In this document: positions 7,248 through 14,654 of the stretch, one piece after another | Numbering within the stretch: the stretch's first letter is position 1 | Layout: every line of letters begins with the position of its first letter | Origin: an uncultured Candidatus Bathyarchaeia archaeon | Lineage (GTDB): Archaea > Thermoproteota > Bathyarchaeia > Bathyarchaeales > Bathycorpusculaceae | Assembly: GCA_964450845.1 (NCBI GenBank) | Contig: CAYVGZ010000037.1 | Coordinates: 1-15,615, forward strand | Length of the DNA: 15,615 bases | Direction: 5' to 3' | The notes under the pieces: generated by a model | Database searches by the model: none | Seen by the model: the letters and a program-made list of their open reading frames with translations, nothing else | What the model was told of the DNA's origin: nothing | Made by a program: the position numbers and the translations under genes

Positions 7248-8213
7248 TTAGATGAATTTGCCTACTAACAGTGTAATGGACATTATGCTGTAAGTTTGTG
7301 TAATAAGCATGATCCATTGTGGATTGTGTGCAGACAAGCTTACAATCTGTTCCGCAATAGAGCTTTCATGCTTTGAAGCTACATATTCTAAAGAAAGAGA
7401 GTAAAGCTTCTTGAATTTTATCATAACGAAAAAGACAACAACAGGTATAGCGAATAAGAAAACACTGGACAATGGATGTGGACCATAAGCCATTTCAAAA
7501 AAGAACGCTGTGACTGTAAGTGTGGCGCCAATGGCAAGTAACATTATGCTAAGAAAAGAGGCTTTGACTAGACCTAAATGCACAGTCATTGTTTCAATCC
7601 CCATCGCCTTGTCTCCGAAATAGTCTCGAATCTCTGTTGGTACAATTACTCCATAGATTGTCAAAGCTAATCCAGTAAGGGATATAATAAATAGAAGATT
7701 CATTTCAGATGCAAAAGTGTAATAGGCAAATAACACAGGAAAAACTCCAAGCACGAGAATTAATGAAACTGGAGCTAACCAGTACCTAGACTTTAATCTA
7801 AGTGGGGCAGCAGAATAGCAATATCCCAAAGAAATTCCAATAATCCACATAAATAAGAGGATAGGCTTTCCAAGGATGAGCATAAATAGAGAAACCAGAA
7901 CAAGAGTGACAATAAACTCGATAATCAACAATTTTTTGAGTCGATCTTGTCCAAGAGAATTCATTGCCACAACAAGTTGCTTTTTGCGCTCATCTTTTGA
8001 GTCAAGCTCATAATCAGAAAGAGTGTTGACCAGAGCTCCGATGGCTGAGCTTAAGTTTATTATAGTGAATGATAGAGCCACTAGAACAATTAAATCCATG
8101 AAATCTATGTACGGAGTAACACCCCAGGCAAGTCCCATAATAAGTGAACCCAAATTCGGCAGAAGAAACTCTGCCCTAGAAACAGTAGCAAGCAACTTCA
8201 CAGTTTTGACCAT
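7248..8213 (-). CDS. UbiA-family prenyltransferase
   Basis: 321 aa, multiple TM helices, Asp-rich motifs NTLSDYELDSKD and EIRDYFGDKAMGIETMTVHLG, plus YSAAPLRLK. Subfamily (MenA-like vs DGGGP synthase) not resolved. Confidence 0.9.
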   Translation of the reverse strand: MVKTVKLLATVSRAEFLLPNLGSLIMGLAWGVTPYIDFMDLIVLVALSFTIINLSSAIGALVNTLSDYELDSKDERKKQLVVAMNSLGQDRLKKLLIIEFIVTLVLVSLFMLILGKPILLFMWIIGISLGYCYSAAPLRLKSRYWLAPVSLILVLGVFPVLFAYYTFASEMNLLFIISLTGLALTIYGVIVPTEIRDYFGDKAMGIETMTVHLGLVKASFLSIMLLAIGATLTVTAFFFEMAYGPHPLSSVFLFAIPVVVFFVMIKFKKLYSLSLEYVASKHESSIAEQIVSLSAHNPQWIMLITQTYSIMSITLLVGKFI

Positions 8214-8306
8214 GACTTATCAAAGACAAGTAAAAAGATGAAAGAAGTTAAAAACATAACGCAATTCAACCCTATTCTGCCTGTCAAATCACAAGTTAAC
8301 CATAGG

Positions 8307-8353
8307 TTCAATGTATATATAAGGGGGTCTAGACAGCGCAGAGCATAACAGAG
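8307..8353 (+). repeat. Copy A of an imperfect inverted repeat (partner 10440-10485)
   Basis: ttcaatgtatatataagggggtctagacagcgcagagcataacagag. The core 8307-8333 differs from the reverse complement of 10458-10485 by one mismatch and one G indel. Confidence 0.8.
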
Positions 8354-8400
8354 AGAACAAAAGTTTTATGACAAATTTCTCTATTTACAATGGGAGATTT

Positions 8401-8808
8401 ATGACCAAAATAGTTCGAGTAGGAGTAACATTTCCTCCAGACCTGCTTAAGGATTTTGACAAGTTAATTAGCAGAATCGGCTACGAAAACCGTTCCAAAG
8501 CCATCCAAGACGCAGTTAGAATGTTCGTGTCCGAGAAAAAATGGCTCCATAAAGAAAAAGGGATACAAACTGGAGTTTTGATGTTGCTCTACGACCATGA
8601 AGTAAAAGGACTGGGAAATGAGTTGACAGACATTCAACACCACTACACTCACATAATCTGTTCAACCATGCACATCCACTTAAGCGAACGTGACTGCCTA
8701 GAAGCCATAGCCATAAAAGGCGAAGCCGCCGAAGTTCGAAAACTAAGCAACGAATTATCTGCAAAAAAAGGAGTAAAAACTCTCAAAACAATGGTTATTT
8801 CAATATAA
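8401..8808 (+). CDS. nikR: Nickel-responsive ribbon-helix-helix regulator NikR
   Basis: RHH N-terminus VRVGVTFPPDLLKDFD...GYENRSKAIQDAVR. Ni ligands H80/H91/H93/C99 (IQHHY...MHIHLSERDCLE) have the E. coli H76/H87/H89/C95 spacing. Start placed at ATG 8401, not 8368. Confidence 0.95.
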   Translation: MTKIVRVGVTFPPDLLKDFDKLISRIGYENRSKAIQDAVRMFVSEKKWLHKEKGIQTGVLMLLYDHEVKGLGNELTDIQHHYTHIICSTMHIHLSERDCLEAIAIKGEAAEVRKLSNELSAKKGVKTLKTMVISI

Positions 8809-8813
8809 CCCTT

Positions 8814-9725
8814 TCAACTTGTCAACTCAAACATTTTCTCCAAAGCTGTTTTAGCCTTTTTCGCTATAGGCTCTGGAACAGTGACCACATGTTTCTCTTC
8901 TTTCAAAGCTACGTAAAGCTTCTCCAAAGTGTTCAGCTTCATGTTCGGACAAACAGCATCCTCATAAGCTAAAACAAACTGTTTTTCTGGATTATCCTTC
9001 CTCAACCGATGCAAAAGCCCCTCTTCAGTAGCTACAACAAAACTTTTGGCATTGATTTCCTTTACGTGACGGCACATCTGTGAAGTGCTTCCAACAAAAT
9101 CTGCCAACTTTCGCATTTCAAACGAGCATTCAGGATGAACCATAACAACACTGTCTGGATACCGCAACCTAATCGCATGCACATCTTCAGGCTGAAAAAG
9201 CACATGAGTCGGACAAAAACCCCATTCAGGAATTGGAATAATCGTCTTTCCAGTCTTTCCCCCAACATATTCACCCAAGTTACGATCAGGCCCAAAAAGC
9301 ACCGTTTCAGCATTCAAAGATTCCACGACTTCCACAGCGTTTGCCGACGTACAGCATACATCGCTGTAGGCTTTGGCAGAAGCCAAAGTGTTCACATAAA
9401 GAACCACTGGCACAAGAGGGTAAAGCGCTTTCCATCTTTTAATCTCATCAACTGTAAGCATCTGTGCCATAGGACAACGTGCACCTGGGGTTGGCAGCAA
9501 AACTTTTTTGTCGGGGTTTAGGATTGCCGCTGATTCTGCCATGAAATCTACAGCTGCAAAAACTATTATTTCAGCTTCTTTTTCTTTCATAGCTTTTCTG
9601 CTTAGTTCTATGCTGTCTCCCACATAATCTGCTATGTCTTGAATTTCAGGTCTTTGATAGTTGTGGGCTAAAATTACGGCTTTCTTTTCTTTTTTCAGTT
9701 TGGTTATTTTGTTGATCAAGGTCAC
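8814..9725 (-). CDS. nadA: Quinolinate synthase
   Basis: ILAHNYQRPEIQDIADYVGDS, three Fe-S cysteines (ARCPMA, FCPTH, VCPNMK), LYVNT, HPEC, GSTSQM. Confidence 0.97.
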   Translation of the reverse strand: MTLINKITKLKKEKKAVILAHNYQRPEIQDIADYVGDSIELSRKAMKEKEAEIIVFAAVDFMAESAAILNPDKKVLLPTPGARCPMAQMLTVDEIKRWKALYPLVPVVLYVNTLASAKAYSDVCCTSANAVEVVESLNAETVLFGPDRNLGEYVGGKTGKTIIPIPEWGFCPTHVLFQPEDVHAIRLRYPDSVVMVHPECSFEMRKLADFVGSTSQMCRHVKEINAKSFVVATEEGLLHRLRKDNPEKQFVLAYEDAVCPNMKLNTLEKLYVALKEEKHVVTVPEPIAKKAKTALEKMFELTS

Positions 9726-9961
9726 TTTGATTCGCCTTTTGAATGATGTTGTGAAGGTTTTCTTAACAAAATGGCGAGATATATTCTTTGCTTAAATGCT
9801 GCCTTTTCACTTGTTTTTCGAAAGAAAAGAAGCCCGAACGAAGTTGGTTTTAAGTGGAGCTGAGAACAAAAAAGTGAAAATAGGTGGAACTCGGAGTTTT
9901 TCAGCGTTTGTGGAAAAGTGTTTGTGTAGCCAGCATTCTTTCGCGTTTTGCGATTTAAAAT

Positions 9962-10072
9962 TTAAGCCATTGTTCTGCGGAGAGTTTCATATATTAAAAG
10001 AGTATTCACAAGCATTTCGCATTCAAAGTTTTCTTTTTTCTTGCTTAAATTTGTGTCTTGTCTTTTTTTCAT
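9962..10072 (-). CDS. Putative 36-aa small protein (not in ORF track)
   Basis: MKKRQDTNLSKKKENFECEMLVNTLLIYETLRRTMA*, with AAGGTGG upstream and a canonical BRE-TATA about 45 nt upstream. Confidence 0.45.
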   Translation of the reverse strand: MKKRQDTNLSKKKENFECEMLVNTLLIYETLRRTMA

Positions 10073-10114
10073 ACTTTCATCCACCTTAAGTTTCAGCCTA
10101 TTATATCGCAAGTC

Positions 10115-10130
10115 TTAATAAACCTTTCCG
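10115..10130 (-). promoter_or_regulatory. BRE + TATA box facing the 36-aa ORF and nadA
   Basis: Minus strand CGGAAAGG-TTTATTAA, a close match to the archaeal promoter consensus. Confidence 0.6.
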
Positions 10131-10439
10131 CTTTAACGTTCAACTAAGCTACAATAGAAAAGGTAGTCGTTTAGGTGAAGATAGTTGTTTTAGTTGATGT
10201 TGGTGTTTTACTTTGGATATCTTTCTTGTTTCCATGTGTTGGCTGTGTTGCTGTATCTTCTGGTTTCCCAGTAGCCAAGTTCTTGTTTTGAGGTGATTTT
10301 ATTTTTTTGAGCCTTCAATTCTAGTTGTTGCCACAAGAAACGTGAGTAGCTTCGGCATTTATTTCTAATTATGTTAAGGCAAAAAATGGTGTGGCGGGTT
10401 GCTTGTTTTGTCTAGAGGCATGTTGATAAGGGGTTTGTG

Positions 10440-10485
10440 CTCTGTTGCTCTGAAGCATCTAGACCCCCCTTATATATAGATTGAA
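10440..10485 (-). repeat. Copy B of the imperfect inverted repeat (partner 8307-8353)
   Basis: Minus strand ttcaatctatatataaggggggtctagatgcttcagagcaacagag; 31 nt downstream of the tRNA-Leu 3' end. Confidence 0.8.
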
Positions 10486-10516
10486 TCAGAGTTTGAACTC
10501 GTTGAAAGCAACATAG

Positions 10517-10601
10517 TGCAGCGGGCCGGATTTGAACCGGCGAACCCCTACGGGAAAGGATCTTGAGTCCTTCGCCTTTAACCTGGCTTGGCGACCGCTG
10601 C
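10517..10601 (-). tRNA. tRNA-Leu(CAA), no intron, CCA not encoded
   Basis: GCAGCGG/CCGCTGC acceptor stem with A discriminator; anticodon arm AAGGA-CTCAAGA-TCCTT (anticodon at 10563-10565); long variable arm; T arm CCGG-TTCAAAT-CCGG; 85 nt. Confidence 0.97.
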
Positions 10602-10651
10602 AACAGTTTCAAGACTAGCTTTTCCTTTCTTATTAATTATTTCCCAAAACC

Positions 10652-10990
10652 TTAGCGCACCATCGACTTGTATGCTTGAATGAATCCTTTCGAAAACTCA
10701 TCCGCATACTTTTCAGTTCCCCTATGCTTCATATCCAAAGCCGTTCTCAAGTGATGATAAAACTCGTGCAAAATGATGAAAGGCTCCTTAAGCGCATCAC
10801 TGTTCAAAACTGAAATCGTCTTATTCCTTGCACTGTAACATCCAAGAACCTTCTTCTTACGTCCTTTAGGCAAACCCACCTTCAACTTAGGCACTCCAAC
10901 ATGATAATGTTCAGCAAGCATCTCCAAAGCTTTCTCTGCTTCTCCTTTCAAAATAAGATAGACGATTGACGCCTTAAAATTCTGCTCCAA
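10652..10990 (-). CDS. Small HEXXH zincin-like hypothetical protein
   Basis: LGCYSARNKTISV...FIILHEFYHHLR (HEFYH at 10754-10768). Start placed at TTG 10990 behind GAGGA; the track's 11053 extension is Cys/low-complexity-like and doubtful. Confidence 0.8.
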   Translation of the reverse strand: MEQNFKASIVYLILKGEAEKALEMLAEHYHVGVPKLKVGLPKGRKKKVLGCYSARNKTISVLNSDALKEPFIILHEFYHHLRTALDMKHRGTEKYADEFSKGFIQAYKSMVR

Positions 10991-11109
10991 GATTCGTCCT
11001 CTTTTCTCAACTCTATGACAGAATATGCAGTTCAAAAATATTTTGCTGCACAATACCCTAAAAAACTGAAACGAAGCCTATTTAATGCACGAAAAGGCGA
11101 AGTAGCATA

Positions 11110-11125
11110 CAAAAAAGTTTATTAG
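11110..11125 (+). promoter_or_regulatory. Putative BRE + TATA box of the rpoB-rpoA1 operon
   Basis: CAAAAAAG-TTTATTAG about 155 nt upstream of the rpoB start. Confidence 0.5.
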
Positions 11126-11278
11126 AGAGCTATGCAGTTTACGTTGTTTAGCTCTTTAAAATATTGGAGACCATTTTTCCGAGTTGGATGATCCAACAGT
11201 CGGAGGAAATTAAAAGTTTGAAGAAACCCGCATCAAATAATCTCGTTCAAGGACGTTTAAACGTAAAATTGCGGGGGT

Positions 11279-14200
11279 TTGTTAAAATTGACTGAAATTT
11301 CAAAAAAAGATACGAATCTTCTGTTAAAAGCATTTTTTAAAGACATAGGCCTAGTCCGCCAGCATTTAGACTCCTACAACGAGTTTATAGACAATGGCCT
11401 ACAAGAAGTGATAGACGAAGTAGCAGAAATCCCAATAGAAATTCCTGAAAACCCATACAAAGTGAAGCTTGGGCAAATTTGGGTAATAGACCCTCAGACA
11501 AGAATTACTGGTCCATACACAACAGAAGTCGACGGCACAAAACACGAAATCTACCCCATGGAAGCGAGACTCCGAAACCTAAGCTATGCAGCGCCAGTAG
11601 CCCTTGAAATGACGCCAGTAATAGACGGAAGAGAACAAGACACGGAACTCGTCTACATCGGAAACATTCCAGTAATGCTCAAATCAAAACTATGCTTCCT
11701 CTCGCAGCTTTCAAGAGAAGAACTAATAGCATGTGGAGAAGACCCAGACGACCCAGGTGGCTACTTCACAGTAAACGGTTCAGAACGCGTAATAGTAGCC
11801 ATGGAAGACTTAGCCCCAAACCGCATAATAGTAGACATAGACGAAAAAGGAGCAACACCCGTATATCAAGCTAAAATGTTCTCCACAACCGTAGGCTTCA
11901 GAGCAAGAATAGAATTAAAAATGAAGGCAGACGGCGCCATATACGTTTCAATGCCCGGTGTGCCCTCAGAAATTCCCTTCGTCATAGTCATGAGAGCTTT
12001 AGGCTTAGAATCAGACAAAGAAATAGCCGAAGCAGTTTCCATGGAAAAGAAAATGCAAACCGAACTAGACTTCTCATTTGAAAAAGCCATAGGCGTAGAC
12101 ACAGTAAAAGATGCCATCATATTTATTGGAAACCGTGTCGCCCACGGTCAAGTAGAAGAATACCGCATCCAAAAAGCCGAAACAATACTGGACAAGAACT
12201 TCCTACCACACATAGGAAGAACAAGCGAGAGCAGAAAGGACAAGGCACTGTTCCTAGGCGAAATGACATGCAGAGTAGTTGAACTAAAACTAGGCAGAAG
12301 AAAAACCGACGACAAAGACCACTTCAAAAACAAACGGTTAAGACTAGCAGGGCCCCTCCTCGCAGACCTATTCAGAGTAGCCTTCAGAAACCTCATCAGA
12401 GACATAAAATATCAGCTTGAACGCATAGGCGTAAAAGGTCCAGTAATAACTGTTTCAGCCGCTGTCCGCCCAGGAATAATTACAGAAAGGCTTCAACATG
12501 CACTTGCAACTGGAAACTGGGGAAGAGGAAGAGTTGGCGTAACCCAGCTTCTAGATAGAACAAACCACATCTCCACGCTGAGCCACTTACGCAGGCTTCA
12601 GTCGCCACTAAGCAGAAGCCAACCAAACTTTGAAGCAAGAGACCTACACCCAACCCATTGGGGTCGCCTATGCCCAAACGAAACGCCAGAAGGATCAAAC
12701 TGTGGGCTAGTCAAAAACCTAGCTTTATCCGCATGCATTTCGGTAGGTGTAAACGCTGAGAAAATAAAGCAGACACTCTTCAGCATGGGTGTAATATCAG
12801 TATACGAGGCAAACGAGACTCTGAAGCGTTCTGGAGCCAAGGTTTTTGTTGACGGAAACATAGTCGGATACTGCAACACTCCAAAGGAATTAACATTAGA
12901 ATTTAGGGAAAGACGAAGAAGGGGGGAAATTTCAACTGAAGTCAACATAGCTTACTTCTCAAAAATCCACGGTGAAAGAGACGAAGTATACGTCAACTGT
13001 GACGAGGGAAGAGTAAGAAGACCCCTCATAATCGTTGAAAAAGGCGTTCCAAAACTCCAACAAGAACACATTGAAAAATTATCTTCTGGAGAATGGTCAT
13101 GGGAAGATCTCGTCAAGAACGCCATAACTGAATACTTAGATGCTGAAGAAGAAGAAAATGCCTACGTCGCCGTAAGTCTTGAAGAAATAGCCCCAGAACA
13201 CACACATATGGAAATTGCAACCTACACAATTCTTGGAATCTGCGCATCAACAATACCCTACGCAGAACATAACCAGTCACCACGCAACTCCTATCAAGCT
13301 GCAATGGCAAAACAAGCCTTAGGAATCTACGCTACAGATTTTCACCAACGCGTAGACTCACGCTCACACATTTTACATTACCCACAAATACCATTAGTCG
13401 AAACAGCATTAATGGAGATGATGGGCTACAACCTCCGTCCCTCAGGACAAAACTGTGTAGTGGCAGTGCTCTCCTTTGAAGGCTATAACATGGAAGACGC
13501 CTTAATCTTCAACAAAGCCTCAATTGAAAGAGGCTTAGGACGCTCAACCTTTTACAGAATATACGAAGCAGAATGCCGCCAGTACTTGGGAGGACTAAAA
13601 GACAAGTTCATTCTGCCAGAACCGGGAACACGCGGATACAGAGGAGAACAATATTATAGGCTTCTAGAGCCTGACGGAATAACAAGCTTAGAAGCGGGAG
13701 TTTCAGGCGGAGACGTCCTCATCGGTAGAATCAGCCCGCCGAGATTTCTGGAAGAATACAAGGAATTCGAAGTAAAAGGACCATCCATGCGAGACACATC
13801 GGTAGACATGCGTCCCTCAGAAACAGGAATTGTTGACGCAATTTTCATAACAGAGTCAGGAGAGGGAAGCAAACTGGTCAAAGTCAGGGTCCGCGATCAA
13901 CGTATTCCAGAACTAGGCGACAAATTTGCCTCTCGCCATGGACAAAAAGGAGTCATTGGATTAATCGTTCCACAAGAGGATATGCCCTTCACAGAAGACG
14001 GCATTGTTCCAGACATAATAGTAAATCCTCACGCTATTCCCTCTAGAATGACCATCGGGCATTTTATCGAGTCATTCGCCGGAAAAGTTGGAGCCTTGAG
14101 AGGGAAACCCGTCGATGGAACGCCCTTTACAAACGAAAAATCTGGGGATCTCAGAAAAGCCCTAATTAAATATGGATTTAGCCACACTGGCAGCGAAGTC

Positions 14201-14653
14201 TTTTACAATGGTGTGACAGGCGAAAAATTCGTTGCAGACATATTCGTTGGAGTCGTATATTACCAGAAACTTCACCACATGGTTGCTGATAAAATACACG
14301 CTAGAGCCAGAGGACAAGTGCAGATGTTGACGAGACAACCCACTGAAGGAAGAGCCAGAGGCGGGGGGCTAAGATTTGGTGAAATGGAACGCGACTGCCT
14401 AATCGGACATGGAGCTGCAATGCTTCTTCGAGACAGACTGCTGGAAGAATCAGACAAATACACACTCTACATCTGTGAAAATTGCGGTTACATAGCTTAC
14501 TATGATATGAAACAGCGGAAATATGTTTGTAGGATTTGCGAAGATAAGGCAAAAATATCCCCAGTAATAATCTCTTACGCATTTAAACTTCTTCTCCAAG
14601 AATTAATGAGCCTCTGTATAGCGCCTAAGTTAAAGCTTAAGGAGAAGGCATAA
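11279..14653 (+). CDS. rpoB: DNA-directed RNA polymerase subunit B (Rpo2), unsplit, no intein
   Basis: 1124 aa with LVRQHLDSYN, GGYFTVNGSERV, HPTHWGRLCPNETPEG, GDKFASRHGQKG, KLHHMV..KIHAR, GGLRFGEMERD and a C-terminal CxxC..CxxC zinc site. TTG start at 11279 or 11288. Confidence 0.99.
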   Translation: MLKLTEISKKDTNLLLKAFFKDIGLVRQHLDSYNEFIDNGLQEVIDEVAEIPIEIPENPYKVKLGQIWVIDPQTRITGPYTTEVDGTKHEIYPMEARLRNLSYAAPVALEMTPVIDGREQDTELVYIGNIPVMLKSKLCFLSQLSREELIACGEDPDDPGGYFTVNGSERVIVAMEDLAPNRIIVDIDEKGATPVYQAKMFSTTVGFRARIELKMKADGAIYVSMPGVPSEIPFVIVMRALGLESDKEIAEAVSMEKKMQTELDFSFEKAIGVDTVKDAIIFIGNRVAHGQVEEYRIQKAETILDKNFLPHIGRTSESRKDKALFLGEMTCRVVELKLGRRKTDDKDHFKNKRLRLAGPLLADLFRVAFRNLIRDIKYQLERIGVKGPVITVSAAVRPGIITERLQHALATGNWGRGRVGVTQLLDRTNHISTLSHLRRLQSPLSRSQPNFEARDLHPTHWGRLCPNETPEGSNCGLVKNLALSACISVGVNAEKIKQTLFSMGVISVYEANETLKRSGAKVFVDGNIVGYCNTPKELTLEFRERRRRGEISTEVNIAYFSKIHGERDEVYVNCDEGRVRRPLIIVEKGVPKLQQEHIEKLSSGEWSWEDLVKNAITEYLDAEEEENAYVAVSLEEIAPEHTHMEIATYTILGICASTIPYAEHNQSPRNSYQAAMAKQALGIYATDFHQRVDSRSHILHYPQIPLVETALMEMMGYNLRPSGQNCVVAVLSFEGYNMEDALIFNKASIERGLGRSTFYRIYEAECRQYLGGLKDKFILPEPGTRGYRGEQYYRLLEPDGITSLEAGVSGGDVLIGRISPPRFLEEYKEFEVKGPSMRDTSVDMRPSETGIVDAIFITESGEGSKLVKVRVRDQRIPELGDKFASRHGQKGVIGLIVPQEDMPFTEDGIVPDIIVNPHAIPSRMTIGHFIESFAGKVGALRGKPVDGTPFTNEKSGDLRKALIKYGFSHTGSEVFYNGVTGEKFVADIFVGVVYYQKLHHMVADKIHARARGQVQMLTRQPTEGRARGGGLRFGEMERDCLIGHGAAMLLRDRLLEESDKYTLYICENCGYIAYYDMKQRKYVCRICEDKAKISPVIISYAFKLLLQELMSLCIAPKLKLKEKA

Positions 14654-14654
14654 C

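Noticed and set aside
2414-9521. Track ORFs 2414-2644, 4475-4720, 5151-5516, 5276-5458, 5740-5994, 5973-6173, 6672-7058, 8023-8241, 8464-8652, 8516-8764, 9062-9313, 9135-9521
   Set aside because: All overlap well-supported genes, mostly antisense, and show no protein-like motifs.
9796-10089. 97-aa plus-strand ORF
   Set aside because: Phe/Cys/Ser-rich composition typical of antisense AT-rich DNA; no RBS; the opposite strand has the promoter, RBS and 36-aa ORF.
10175-10318. Short ORFs 10175-10291 (+, 38 aa hydrophobic) and 10208-10318 (-, 36 aa)
   Set aside because: They overlap each other, start at GTG/TTG with weak or no RBS, and neither can be favoured from sequence alone.
10517-10601. Integrated element at tRNA-Leu
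   Set aside because: No duplicated tRNA 3' end (att site) and no integrase found in the window.
10412-10612. 66-aa minus-strand track ORF
   Set aside because: Runs through the tRNA-Leu gene; spurious.
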